From Acidobacteriota bacterium (GTDB lineage: Bacteria > Acidobacteriota > Vicinamibacteria > Vicinamibacterales > SCN-69-37): a stretch of 60,218 bases of DNA. Positions 9,301-18,132 of this stretch are shown piece by piece; position 1 is the first letter of the stretch; the number at the start of each line of letters is the position of its first letter. The notes below the pieces were generated by a model. That model did not search any database. It was given only the letters and a program-made list of their open reading frames with translations, and had not been told where the DNA came from. The stretch spans positions 1 to 60,218 of the forward strand of contig JBLNGH010000279.1 of NCBI GenBank assembly GCA_050264575.1. The letters run 5' to 3'. The position numbers were made by a program, and so were the translations under genes.

Positions 9301-10696
9301 CAATCTCGGCGCCCTCCAGGACCGACGGCTCGAAGACGGTGTCCGCCCGCCACGTCTTGCGCCCCACCACGACGTCGTAGCGCCCCGCCAGCGTGCTGGC
9401 CATCGCCGGTATGTCGAAGCGGCGCGGCAGCCGCCGGAGATCGAGGTGCGCGAAGTGCCCTCGTGCCGCCACCTCGCCGGTCGTTCGCTCCCAGTGCGCG
9501 GAGGTCGTGACCGCGGTGCCGTACGCGGTCCCTGATCCGTCCACATCGACTTTGCCCGACAGGTACGACCCCTTGGCACGCACGCCGCTTGCCGCATATC
9601 CGGCAATGACGAATTGCGCCAGCGTGGCGTCGAAGGTCACATCGGCGGTCTCGAAGCCGGTCTCCGGAAGGGTCAGGTCGAAGCTCGACTGGCCGGTGAT
9701 CCGGCTTTGCAGATCGCGCCGCAGAAACCATGGCTCGAGATCCAGATCGGTCGCGTACAGCTGACCCGCAAAGCGGCCGATATCGTGCTGAAACCCGCCG
9801 GTCATGCGACCCGACACGTTGCCGGCCGGCGATTGCATCGACAAATCGACCGCCATCTTGTGGAGAGGCCCGCGCGCGCGAATTTTCAGCGTCGGCGCGA
9901 GGTCGATGTGGGCGAATTGCGGGACGTAGTAGCCCGCCTCGGAGAGCGCCAGCGGCTGCGCATCGAGGGCGATGTCGACGTCCGACTGCTCGTCCGAAGT
10001 AATCACGCGGATTCTGCCGGCTATCGTGCTCGCGCCCGCCGACATCTCGATGTTCTCGAACGCGAGCAGGCCATCGCCGACGGTCGTGGTCATGCTCAGC
10101 CGGTTGAGGGCCAGATTCGTTCGCAGATCTCGCGCGGTTCCGCGACTGATGCCGGCCCGCAACTGACGCTGCGCGTACGACACGTCGGCCTCGACGTCGA
10201 CCGCGCCAAATTCCCGCGCCGGCGCGTGCAGCGGGTTCAGGGTCACGGATCCGCCGCGAACGTGAAGTTGCGCGATTCTGAACGACGTGCCTGACGAATC
10301 CCGTTTGCGCGCCTTCAACAATTTGGTCACGTTCCAGCCGTCGCTGTGCTGGACGAGGTGAATGGCGGGCTGCACCAGCGTCACCTCGTCGAGGATCAAT
10401 CCATGCCGCAACAACTGCCAGGTGTTGTAGCGCACCGAGACCGACTGCGACGCGAGAACCGGCTCGCCATTCTGTGTGACCCGCAGATCCGTCAGATCAA
10501 CGCGCCCGGACGGCAACCACCGAACCGATCCGAGTCTGACTTCGCCGTTCAGGATGGTGCTCGCGCGCGACTCGATCGCGAGCCGCGCACGATTCCTGGC
10601 CCAGGACGTCTGCGCGATGACGAGGGCGAGCAACACCACGACCACGAGCCCGACGATTACGAGCGCCGCGAATCGCGTGAGTCGAGCCAACCGCAT
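6377..10696 (-). CDS. tamB: Translocation and assembly module protein TamB-like (1439 aa)
   Basis: The Met at 10696 gives a TM anchor MRLARLTRFAALVIVGLVVVVLLALVIAQ. The protein is long and beta-rich. The C-terminal GRQVNENLFVGFRQEFGSEDASQVSFEFRLTEFLRLVTSF resembles the DUF490 end. The gene starts 8 nt after the Omp85 gene. Confidence 0.85.
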   Translation of the reverse strand: MRLARLTRFAALVIVGLVVVVLLALVIAQTSWARNRARLAIESRASTILNGEVRLGSVRWLPSGRVDLTDLRVTQNGEPVLASQSVSVRYNTWQLLRHGLILDEVTLVQPAIHLVQHSDGWNVTKLLKARKRDSSGTSFRIAQLHVRGGSVTLNPLHAPAREFGAVDVEADVSYAQRQLRAGISRGTARDLRTNLALNRLSMTTTVGDGLLAFENIEMSAGASTIAGRIRVITSDEQSDVDIALDAQPLALSEAGYYVPQFAHIDLAPTLKIRARGPLHKMAVDLSMQSPAGNVSGRMTGGFQHDIGRFAGQLYATDLDLEPWFLRRDLQSRITGQSSFDLTLPETGFETADVTFDATLAQFVIAGYAASGVRAKGSYLSGKVDVDGSGTAYGTAVTTSAHWERTTGEVAARGHFAHLDLRRLPRRFDIPAMASTLAGRYDVVVGRKTWRADTVFEPSVLEGAEIADGATAHVDTEVPGMAYAFHGSMSRVDPDRFKPFLTSLPDRLAKLHGRFNGTIDLDARGLEVAEASGKLRLVLADSVVCAAPAGCGADEASGGTRINSLDAALALDRRRLVADVQGDAQAVSGAAFGVEHSSHAAGDGRVNAHVEIGDVLAPLSADNVEGFATATLANVSLYGQTIDQASFDLALVEGIARVTTFDVSGPSGKVSAKGTVVLAGDGQSDLSYVADVPDLKSLQSFSRQPLGGSAHIEGRISGPQGATTTTGTISGSHLVVGPVDALSVKSAYNLAVPENNVRLTTGRLDLTGTYIEVRGTRIDEVAGTLAYDGSRLDVDAKVSERQRRLQFTGSLVPHPDHREIHVRSLSMIANDVEWQMPQGQEAVARYAADRLEIENFQLARGDSRIRIEGTASANAANQALVVTVEHLQIADVNTLLLGTQRFSGIANGTARISGSLSDPAVEARISVTTGQIQDVAFDSLAGQVSLGKGQLTLDAALEAGTAGRLTATGTMPVPWRAPAGAELPPFNLRVQSAAINLALFQPLSSHIDMITGVGRFDLQVFGAAGAPRLEGLVGVQQGSFRVAPTGVIYSGVEAAMALEGERVIVQQFRVQDDDGHTGSVTGSLKVAALGRPSDFNLSVQAHEIHVLHNRFGEISLSPDLRVMGDLSSPLVTGTVKVDRGRVELGDLLDRFSATGYTRVETDVGRQVEKEIDTAAPTTGASYSVTLDLPENIVLRGRDLRATRGSIGLGDVNVTLGGALTIAKDTSGPTTLLGRLAVVRGQYSFQGRPFTILRDSELRFEGNELLNPVVDVTGERQISGVTARVHVTGTMREPEIALSSNPPLDEGDILSLIAFNQTMNQLQTSERVSLASRAGVLAARAFATPIADSVARALDFDLFEIQPADDTGTGATLTVGRQVNENLFVGFRQEFGSEDASQVSFEFRLTEFLRLVTSFAQGTEQTRRTPPIDRAGLDFIFVIRR

Positions 10697-10704
10697 GCCG
10701 GGCC

Positions 10705-12636
10705 TCAGAAGGGATGCCCGATGCTGAAGTGGATTCGCCAGTGCCGCGTTTCGGGGGCACCGTTCACTTGAAGGCCGTCGATCGGCGTGAGCTGGATGCC
10801 GAGATCGGCGCGCACGATGCCGACCGGTGACATCCACCGGATGCCTGGACCGGCATCGACGCGGATGCGGCCGGCGCCCAGCCCCTCCGGCGCGGCCCAG
10901 ACATTGCCGGCGTCGACGAAGAGTGCGGCGCCCAGTGAGCCGCGAATCGTCATCCGCCATTCGCTCGACGCTTCGAGCATGGCGCGGCCTCCCACGGGCA
11001 GCCCGTCGGTCGTGAGCGGCGCGACCTGGTAGCGACCCCACCCGCGGAGGCTCGTCGAACCTCCCAGGAAGTACCGTTCGGACACCGGCACCGGTGCCAG
11101 TGCATTGGCGAAGATCACGCCCGTGGCGACGCGCGTGGCCCACACCTGTCCGCGGCCGAGCGGCACATACAACCGCCCCTCGGTGCGGAACTCGTCGTAG
11201 CGATACGTCCCGCCGAGCCAAGGCGCCGCATGTTTGAGATAGATCTCGACCGAGGTACCGCGATGGGGATCCGACGCTCTGTCCACGGCGATGCGCTCGA
11301 GATTGAGGTCGATGCCGGCGAGACGGCCCTCGCCCTTGCCTGTCAGCGGATCCAGCCCGAGCGCGATCAGTTGCTCGAACTTGGTGAGATCTTCGAGCGT
11401 GGCCGGATCGACCTCGTATTTCAGGTACTCGTTCAGGTAGCTCACCCGCACGTTGTAATCGATGGGCTCGAAATCGACGCCTCGCTCGGATGCGCGTTTG
11501 TAGGTGATTCCCCACCGGCCGCCGTACCGCTGCGCCGTGTACGTCGGTTCGTCGGTCAGCCACCCGCCGGCTCGCGCCGTGAGTGAAACGGTCGGCCTCA
11601 GGAAGTACGGCTCGACGAATTCGATGCCGGCGCCGCGCAGGCGCGACGAGTACTTCGCTTCAGCGGCGAATCGCCGCGCATCCCCGAGAAAATTGAAGTG
11701 ATCCCAACGGACGGATCCACGCGGACCGTCCTCAGTCCCATACCCGGCGCCGAACTGGAACCGCGTCGGCTGACTTTCGGCCATCGTCACCACCATTGGC
11801 ACCGTCGTAGCGGTGAGACTCGCCTCGGCGGCGGGATCGGCGCGCACGTGCGCGAACTGGAAGATGCCGAGCCGGCTCAGCCGGCGCTGGCTCTCGAGCA
11901 CCTGGCTTTCGCGGTACTGATCGCCCGGCGCGAATGCAAGCGTGCGCTTGACCAGCGTCTCGTGGACCGACACGAGCCCGACGACGGAGATGTCGCCGAA
12001 GGTCGCCGTTTCACCCGGCGTCGCGGCCATCGTCACGACGACGCGCTTCGGCTGCAGTCCGGGTGTCTCGTGGCTTTCGACGTGGGCATGCGGGTAGCCA
12101 CGATCGCGGAGGACGAACGTCACGCGCTCGCGGGTCGCCGCGACAAGTTGCCGATCCCGCGGCGCACCCGCTTTCTGCGGAAGATTGGTCAGCGCCGCCG
12201 TGACTTCCGGCGGCACACCCTCGAGTCCGGTGAACGCGAGACGCTCGACGACGAGCGGCGCGCCTTCGTTCAGATGAATGCGGAGACTGACCGCGTCGTG
12301 CTTGGCGTTGAAGGTGACGTCGGCGGCGGTGACTTGCGCGTCCGGGTACCCGCGATCGTCATAGAAGGCTTTCAGACGCTGCAGGTCGGTATCGAACACC
12401 TTGCGGCTGAAGAAGCGCGGGCGCGCCCACGGCAGCCAGCCCGTGGCCCGCGTCGCGACGACGTCCCTGAGCTGTTTGCCGCTGAAGACGTGATTGCCTT
12501 CGAAGTCGAGGCTCGACACACGGGCATCGCCCTCTTCGTGACAGGCGGAGCCGACGACCGCCGTCGTCAGGACGACAGCCGCCAGCCAGCCACGGGCCAG
12601 ACCGCCGGGTCGGTGGGTCATCGATAGCGCCGGCAA
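10705..12636 (-). CDS. tamA: Omp85/BamA-family outer membrane protein, TamA-like
   Basis: POTRA-type segments (LDFEGNHVFSGKQLRDVV, LQRLKAFYDDRGYPDAQV). The barrel ends ...RIHFSIGHPF with a terminal aromatic residue. It is paired with tamB. The start is either the TTG at 12636 or the ATG at 12621. Confidence 0.85.
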   Translation of the reverse strand: MPALSMTHRPGGLARGWLAAVVLTTAVVGSACHEEGDARVSSLDFEGNHVFSGKQLRDVVATRATGWLPWARPRFFSRKVFDTDLQRLKAFYDDRGYPDAQVTAADVTFNAKHDAVSLRIHLNEGAPLVVERLAFTGLEGVPPEVTAALTNLPQKAGAPRDRQLVAATRERVTFVLRDRGYPHAHVESHETPGLQPKRVVVTMAATPGETATFGDISVVGLVSVHETLVKRTLAFAPGDQYRESQVLESQRRLSRLGIFQFAHVRADPAAEASLTATTVPMVVTMAESQPTRFQFGAGYGTEDGPRGSVRWDHFNFLGDARRFAAEAKYSSRLRGAGIEFVEPYFLRPTVSLTARAGGWLTDEPTYTAQRYGGRWGITYKRASERGVDFEPIDYNVRVSYLNEYLKYEVDPATLEDLTKFEQLIALGLDPLTGKGEGRLAGIDLNLERIAVDRASDPHRGTSVEIYLKHAAPWLGGTYRYDEFRTEGRLYVPLGRGQVWATRVATGVIFANALAPVPVSERYFLGGSTSLRGWGRYQVAPLTTDGLPVGGRAMLEASSEWRMTIRGSLGAALFVDAGNVWAAPEGLGAGRIRVDAGPGIRWMSPVGIVRADLGIQLTPIDGLQVNGAPETRHWRIHFSIGHPF

Positions 12637-12672
12637 CTCCTCTATAGAGGGGAGGCGGGCCGTGCATGCGCG

Positions 12673-12822
12673 TCAAACAGGCTGCCTGCCGGAAATGAGA
12701 CGGATGATGAGAATGGCAACCGCGAGCACGAGCAGCAGGTGAATGAACCCGCCGAGCGTGTACGAACTCACCATCCCGACCAACCACAGGATCACGAGCA
12801 CCGCAAGAATGGTCATCAACAT
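12673..12822 (-). CDS. lmo0937-family small membrane protein (49 aa; not in the ORF track)
   Basis: Minus-strand translation reads MLMTILAVLVILWLVGMVSSYTLGGFIHLLLVLAVAILIIRLISGRQPV*. A GGGAGGAG RBS lies a few nt upstream. It matches the remembered consensus ...LLGLVSSYTLGGFIHILLVIA.... Confidence 0.8.
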   Translation of the reverse strand: MLMTILAVLVILWLVGMVSSYTLGGFIHLLLVLAVAILIIRLISGRQPV

Positions 12823-12984
12823 GAGTGGCTCCTCCCGAGTCAACGGTCAGGCTGGCCAGCCATCTCGAGACAATTCAAGACGCGTTCCATCCTCGCGGAT
12901 GCCCGCAATGGCAATCCGGGGGTGCGGGTAGGCAGCGCGGGGACTGGAAGCAGGAAGAAAGTTCCAGCGGATTGGCCGGTTTGC

Positions 12985-13701
12985 CTAGTGGCTCGACTCC
13001 GGACTCGTCGGCCGCGTCCCAACGCCTGTCCGCGACAGCGCACGTTCGACGATCGCCACGACGAGCCGTGAGACCTCGTCGATCGGGACGCCGGTCGTGT
13101 CGATGTATTCCGCGTCTGGCGCCATGGTCAGCGGCGAGGCCGCGCGCGTCCGGTCCGAGCGATCGCGGGCCTCGAGCGCGCGCGCGACGTCGCCGACCGC
13201 CGTTGGCTGCCGGCCGAGCGCGTGGGCCGGATCAGTCCTGCGCCGCCGGGCGCGCTCCTCGGGCGACGCATCGAGATACACCTTGACGTCGGCGGAGGGA
13301 AACACGACGGTGCCGATATCCCGGCCTTCCATGACGATGCCGCCGTCTTCGCCGTACTCCTGCTGACGGGCGACGAGCACGTGCCGGACGGGCGGATGGC
13401 GCGCGACGATTGCGGCGGCCTCGTCAATCTCCGGCGTGCGGATCGCCTCGCTCACGTCGTGCCCGTCGATGAGCGTGCGGCCCTCGAGCGAAAACATCGC
13501 CTCGCGCGCCACCTGCGCCACGGCGGCGGCGTCGTTCAGATCGCGCCCTTCCCGCAGCGCCTTCCAGGCGACCGCCCGGTACATCGCGCCGGTGTCGATG
13601 TGGCGGTAGCCGAGCTTGCGAGCGAGCAAACGGGCAATCGTCCCCTTGCCGGCTCCGGAGGGGCCGTCGATCGCGATGATCAGTGGTTTGGGTACCGGCA
13701 T
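12985..13701 (-). CDS. cmk: Cytidylate kinase
   Basis: MPVPKPLIIAIDGPSGAGKGTIARLLARKLGYRHIDTGAMYRA... The ATG is at 13701; the track extension to 13998 was rejected. Confidence 0.9.
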   Translation of the reverse strand: MPVPKPLIIAIDGPSGAGKGTIARLLARKLGYRHIDTGAMYRAVAWKALREGRDLNDAAAVAQVAREAMFSLEGRTLIDGHDVSEAIRTPEIDEAAAIVARHPPVRHVLVARQQEYGEDGGIVMEGRDIGTVVFPSADVKVYLDASPEERARRRRTDPAHALGRQPTAVGDVARALEARDRSDRTRAASPLTMAPDAEYIDTTGVPIDEVSRLVVAIVERALSRTGVGTRPTSPESSH

Positions 13702-13725
13702 TCGCGGTCTTCTATTATTGGCGGA

Positions 13726-14886
13726 ATGCCGGCGCGCCGCGGCTTGCGGGCGATCGCGACGGTCGTCATCTTGGCGGCCGTGCTGGCGATTGTCGTCGCG
13801 CCGTACGCGCGCAGCGCCGCGTTCATCGCCGATCTCGCGGGCGTCAGCGGCTGGTGGCGGCCGCTGCTGCTTGCCCGGACGCATGCCGTCGTCACGCAGG
13901 ATCTCTCGATTCCCACGCGGCATGGCCAGGTCAATGCGCGTCTGTACGAGCCGGACGCCGCGCCGCTGGGGAGCCTGATCGTGTTTCCTGGCGTGCACGC
14001 CGGCGGCGTCGACGAGCCACGGCTCGTGATGTTCGCGAGACGGCTCGCCGCGAGCGGCGCGCGCGTCGTGACCGTCCCCTTGCCGGATCTTCGCGTGTAT
14101 CGCATCACGACGGCGTCGACGGACGTGATCGAAGACAGCGTGCAGTGGATGACCGGCGAGCCCCGGCTGGCGCCCGAGCGGCGTGTCGGCGTCGTCGGCG
14201 TCAGCTTCGCCGGAGGTCTCGCGCTCGTGGCTGCCGGACGGCCCAGCCTGCGAGACAAGGTCACCCTTGTGGTCTCACTTGGGGGACACGCGGATCTGCC
14301 GCGGGTGATGACCTACCTGTGCACGGGCCGGCTTCCCGACGGCACGCTCCGGCCGCCTCACGATTACGGCGTCGTCGTGGTGTTGCTCGCGTCGTTGTCG
14401 AAACTCGCGCCGCCCGACCAGGTGCGCGACCTCGAACGCGCGATCCTCACGTTTCTCGACGCCTCGAGCTACGCCGAAATGGATCCCGAACGCGCGGCGC
14501 AACTCCTGGCGGAAACGCGCCGTCAATCGGACGCGCTGTCGGAGCCGTCTCGAACGATCATGGCCGAGGTGATGGCGCGCGACGCGCGCGCCGTCGGCAC
14601 GCGCATTCTGCCGTTCATCGAAGAGCTCGGCGGCGCGGCGGCGCTGTCGCCAACGCGTTCACCGCCGACACTCGCGCCGGTGTTCCTGTTGCACGGCGTC
14701 GACGACAACGTGATTCCGTCGTTCGAGACGCCACTTGCCGCCAGGTATCTCGAGTCGCACGGCAACCTGCGCGTGCGCTGGCTGCTGACGCCGCTGGTCT
14801 CTCACGCGAATCTCTCGGCGTCATCATCGGTGGGCGACACCTGGCGGCTGGTGCAGTTCTGGACGGCGATGCTGCGGACGAATTGA
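13726..14886 (+). CDS. Alpha/beta-hydrolase-fold protein with an N-terminal TM anchor
   Basis: The ATG at 13726 gives MPARRGLRAIATVVILAAVLAIVVAPY. It has a GVSFAGG nucleophile-elbow-like motif and a late LLHGVDDNVIP segment. The upstream part of track ORF 13222.. is antisense to cmk. Confidence 0.7.
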   Translation: MPARRGLRAIATVVILAAVLAIVVAPYARSAAFIADLAGVSGWWRPLLLARTHAVVTQDLSIPTRHGQVNARLYEPDAAPLGSLIVFPGVHAGGVDEPRLVMFARRLAASGARVVTVPLPDLRVYRITTASTDVIEDSVQWMTGEPRLAPERRVGVVGVSFAGGLALVAAGRPSLRDKVTLVVSLGGHADLPRVMTYLCTGRLPDGTLRPPHDYGVVVVLLASLSKLAPPDQVRDLERAILTFLDASSYAEMDPERAAQLLAETRRQSDALSEPSRTIMAEVMARDARAVGTRILPFIEELGGAAALSPTRSPPTLAPVFLLHGVDDNVIPSFETPLAARYLESHGNLRVRWLLTPLVSHANLSASSSVGDTWRLVQFWTAMLRTN

Positions 14887-14896
14887 CGGCTCCGCC

Positions 14897-14934
14897 GAAC
14901 TTCAGACTTCGAACTTCAGACTTCGAACTTCGAA
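14897..14934. repeat. Tandem 14-mer gaacttcagacttc x2 plus gaacttcgaa (TTCGAA word family)
   Basis: Read directly from the sequence. It fills the convergent gap between the hydrolase stop (14886) and rluB, and it encodes the last codons of rluB (..SKFEV*). Confidence 0.9.
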
Positions 14935-15686
14935 TCCGGCTTCGCCTTTTGCTGCGGCGACCCCATGAGCGACCGAAGTTCCGCCGGCGTCAAGTCGCGC
15001 AGCTCGCCGGGCCCCAGCCCCTGCGACGTGACCGATCCAATGCGCGTGCGGCGCAGCCGCTCGACCGGATGCGCGATCGCGTCGCACATGCGCCGGACCT
15101 GACGATGGCGGCCTTCGCGGATGGCGATCTCGACGAGCGCCTGGTCTCCGCCTCGCGCCCGCATCACTCGGACGACTCGAACCTTGGCCGGCAGCGTGCG
15201 GCGGCCGTCGATTTCCACGCCGCGGCGCAGCCGTTCCAAATCCCGCTCGTCCGGAACGCCTTCGACGAGCGCTTCGTACGTGCGGTCGAGCTCGTATCGT
15301 GGATGCGTCACCCGCTCGGCGAACTCGCCGTCGTTCGTCAGAATGATCAGGCCTTCGGAATCGACGTCGAGCCGGCCGACCGGATAGAAGTAGCCGCCGA
15401 TTCCCGCGCGCGTGACCAGATCGACGACCGTCGTGCGCCGCTGCGGATCGGAGCGCGTGCTGACGACGCCGCGCGGCTTGTTGAGCAACAGATACCGTCG
15501 AGCGGGAACGGCCTTCAATCGTCGGCCGTCGACTCTGATCTCGTCCTGGGCGGGATCCGCCCTGGTCCCGAGCGCCGACACGACCTGGCGGTTGACCTCG
15601 ACGCGCCCCTGCCGGATGAGCTCGTCAGCCGCCCGCCGCGACGCGACGCCTGACTGCGAGAGAAGTTTGTTCAGGCGCACCTGCAT
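14916..15686 (-). CDS. rluB: Pseudouridine synthase, RluB/RsuA family
   Basis: S4 domain MQVRLNKLLSQSGVASRRAADELIRQGRV and catalytic PVGRLDVDSEGLIILTNDG. Confidence 0.85.
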   Translation of the reverse strand: MQVRLNKLLSQSGVASRRAADELIRQGRVEVNRQVVSALGTRADPAQDEIRVDGRRLKAVPARRYLLLNKPRGVVSTRSDPQRRTTVVDLVTRAGIGGYFYPVGRLDVDSEGLIILTNDGEFAERVTHPRYELDRTYEALVEGVPDERDLERLRRGVEIDGRRTLPAKVRVVRVMRARGGDQALVEIAIREGRHRQVRRMCDAIAHPVERLRRTRIGSVTSQGLGPGELRDLTPAELRSLMGSPQQKAKPDSKFEV

Positions 15687-15698
15687 GGTGAACTCCGG

Positions 15699-15729
15699 TC
15701 ACCACATCACCACATCACGACGTCACAAC
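15699..15729. repeat. Low-complexity word repeat tcaccacatcaccacatcacgacgtcacaac (CACCACAT family)
   Basis: It fills the 42-nt rluB/scpB spacer. Its reverse complement shares the 15-mer gtgatgtggtgatgt with 25652-25666. Confidence 0.9.
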
Positions 15730-16343
15730 TAGTGAACGGTCTTCTTCTCCTCGGTGGGATTCTCGGGCTCGAAGGGCAACGGCGACTGCGGCGCCGTCTC
15801 GGCAACCGACGCCGGCAGATCGAATCCCAGCAGGTCCGACATGTCTTCGACTTTGGGCAGGTCGGAAAGATCGTTCAGACCGAATCGTTCGAGAAATTCC
15901 CGTGTCGTGCCGTAGAGGAACGGGCGTCCGACGACCTGCTTGCGGCCGACGATCTTGATCAGCTTGCGCTCGAGCAGCGTGCCGAGCACGCCGGCGGTGT
16001 TGACGCCGCGAATGTCGGCGATCTCCGGGCCGGTGACCGGCTGCTTGTAGGCCACGACCGCCAGTGTCTCGAGCGCCGCTACCGACAGCTTCTGCGTCGT
16101 CCGCTCATGAAACAGGCGCCGCACCCATTCGTGAAGCTCGGGCCGCGTGACGATCTGATAACCGCCGGCGACCTCGACCATCTGCAGCCCGCCCGGCCGG
16201 TCGTAATCGCGCTTCAGCTCCTCGACGGCCGCGATGATTTCTTCCTTCGGCTCGTTGTCGAGGAGCTTGATCAGCGTCTTCATCGTCACCGGCTCCGGCG
16301 AGGCAAAGATCAGCGCTTCGACGATCGCTTTCAGTTCAGACAT
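15729..16343 (-). CDS. scpB: Segregation and condensation protein B
   Basis: ALIFASPEPVT...LSVAALETLAVVAYKQPVTGPEIADIRGV...VGRPFLYGTT. Confidence 0.9.
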   Translation of the reverse strand: MSELKAIVEALIFASPEPVTMKTLIKLLDNEPKEEIIAAVEELKRDYDRPGGLQMVEVAGGYQIVTRPELHEWVRRLFHERTTQKLSVAALETLAVVAYKQPVTGPEIADIRGVNTAGVLGTLLERKLIKIVGRKQVVGRPFLYGTTREFLERFGLNDLSDLPKVEDMSDLLGFDLPASVAETAPQSPLPFEPENPTEEKKTVH

Positions 16344-16345
16344 CG

Positions 16346-17137
16346 CTACTCACTGAATGTCGGGGCATCGGCCGGCCGCGCGCGGCGGTAGACGCGAATC
16401 GGACCGAAGTTGCCCTGCTGGAACACGCGCACGAGTTTGAGTCGAATCATCTCCAGAAGCGCCAGAAAGGTCACGATCATTCCGGCGCGGGTCTGGACGT
16501 CGGCAAACAGCTCCTCGAAGCCGCACGCCTCGGTTTCGGACAATCGCGCCAGAAGCTGCTCGATGCGCCGCTCGAGCGGGATCTGCTCGGCCGGCAACGG
16601 CACGACCGGCCGCTGGCGCATGCGATCCATCACCTGACGGAAGGCGGCCATCAGGCTGAACAGATCGACTTCGATCTCGGGCTCGGGCGGATCGCCGACG
16701 AGCTCGGCGACGCGGCCGTCCGGGCGGCCCCACTGGGCGCTTCGCTGGATCTCTTTCTCGTGGAGCAGCTCGGCCGCGGCCTTGAACCGCTGGTGCTCGA
16801 GCAGCCGCCGGACCAGCGCCTCGCGCGGGTCCTCTTCCGGATCTTCCTGCGTCGGGTCGGGCCGCGGGAGGAGCATCCGCGACTTGATGTGGATGAGCGT
16901 CGCCGCCATCACCAGGAACTCGCCGGCGACGTCCAGATTCAGGTCCTGCATCAGCTCGAGGTACTCGAGGTACTGCTGCGTGACCAGCGCGATCGGAATG
17001 TCGTAGATGTTGACCTCGTTCTTCTTGATGAGGTGCAACAACAGGTCGAGCGGCCCCTCGAAGTTCTGAAGGCGGACCGGATATTCCTCGAGCAGCGACT
17101 CGAATTCGGATTCCTGCGGCGGTTCGGTCATCGTCAA
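16346..17137 (-). CDS. scpA: Segregation and condensation protein A
   Basis: NFEGPLDLLLHLIKKNEVNIYDIPIALVTQQYLEYL...AGEFLVMAATLIHIKSRMLLP. Confidence 0.9.
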   Translation of the reverse strand: MTMTEPPQESEFESLLEEYPVRLQNFEGPLDLLLHLIKKNEVNIYDIPIALVTQQYLEYLELMQDLNLDVAGEFLVMAATLIHIKSRMLLPRPDPTQEDPEEDPREALVRRLLEHQRFKAAAELLHEKEIQRSAQWGRPDGRVAELVGDPPEPEIEVDLFSLMAAFRQVMDRMRQRPVVPLPAEQIPLERRIEQLLARLSETEACGFEELFADVQTRAGMIVTFLALLEMIRLKLVRVFQQGNFGPIRVYRRARPADAPTFSE

Positions 17138-18132
17138 TATCGCAAGTGGACGGCGGTCCGGACGCGGTCCATTGTCTCCCCGGCGACGGTGCGCGCGCGG
17201 CGCGATCCGTCGATCAGCACGTCACGAAGGTAGCCGGGCCGGGCCAGCGCCGCCCGCCGGCGCTCGCGCATCGGTTCGAGCACGGCGTTGATGGCCGCGG
17301 CGAGCTTGGTTTTGACTTCCACGTCGCCCACTTTCCCGTTCCGATAGCGCGCCTTGAGGTCGTCCACCTCGGCGCGGTTGCCGTTGAACGCATCATGGTA
17401 AACAAAGACGGGGTTGCCTTCGATGGTTCCGGGGATGTCGGCCCGCACGCGCTTGGGGTCGGTGTACATCTGCCGGACTTTCCGGGTCACCGTCTCGGCA
17501 TCGTCCGACAGATCGATCGTGTTGCCGTAGCTCTTGCTCATTTTGCGGTTGTCGAGGCCCGGCAGCCGCGGCGTCGGCGTGAGCAGCGGCTGCGGCTCGA
17601 CGAAGATCTCGCCATAGAAATTGTGAAACCGGCGCACCACTTCGCGGGACAGCTCGAGGTGCGCGACCTGATCTTCCCCGACCGGGACGAAGTGCGCGTT
17701 GTAGATGACCACGTCGGCGGTCTGCAGCAGGGGGTAGCCCAGAAAGCCGAGATTCGACAGATCTTTTTCGGCCAGCTGCTCGATCTGCTCCTTATAGGTG
17801 GGCACGCGCTCCAGCCAGGGAATGGGCGTGACCATCTGGAGCAGCAAATACAGCTCCGCATGCTCCGGGATGAGCGACTGGACGAACAGCGTGCTCTTCT
17901 CCGGATCGATGCCTGCGGCAATCCAGTCCGCGACGTTGTCGAGCGCATTCTCGACGATGCCCTCGGTGGCGGCGTATTCACTCGTCAAGGCATGCCAGTC
18001 GGCGACGAAGTAGAAGCAGTCGTACTCGCGCTGGAGGTCGACCCAGTTCTGCAGCGCGCCGACGAGATGGCCGAGGTGGAGGCGCCCCGTGGGACGCATC
18101 CCGGACACCACGCGCTTGCGCGTTACGCCCAC
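17134..18132 (-). CDS. trpS: Tryptophan--tRNA ligase
   Basis: HIGH-type motif GRLHLGH and KMSKS motif. I chose the GTG at 18132 (MGVTRKRVVSGMRPTG). It overlaps the upstream stop and gives a typical length of about 332 aa. The track start at 18222 would overlap the protease gene by 100 nt. Confidence 0.88.
   Translation of the reverse strand: MGVTRKRVVSGMRPTGRLHLGHLVGALQNWVDLQREYDCFYFVADWHALTSEYAATEGIVENALDNVADWIAAGIDPEKSTLFVQSLIPEHAELYLLLQMVTPIPWLERVPTYKEQIEQLAEKDLSNLGFLGYPLLQTADVVIYNAHFVPVGEDQVAHLELSREVVRRFHNFYGEIFVEPQPLLTPTPRLPGLDNRKMSKSYGNTIDLSDDAETVTRKVRQMYTDPKRVRADIPGTIEGNPVFVYHDAFNGNRAEVDDLKARYRNGKVGDVEVKTKLAAAINAVLEPMRERRRAALARPGYLRDVLIDGSRRARTVAGETMDRVRTAVHLRY

Noticed and set aside
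10697-11563. N-terminal 289-aa extension of track ORF 6377..11563
   Set aside because: It overlaps the tamA barrel-coding region in another frame and translates to Arg/His-rich nonsense. The Met at 10696 gives a proper TamB membrane anchor 8 nt after the tamA stop.
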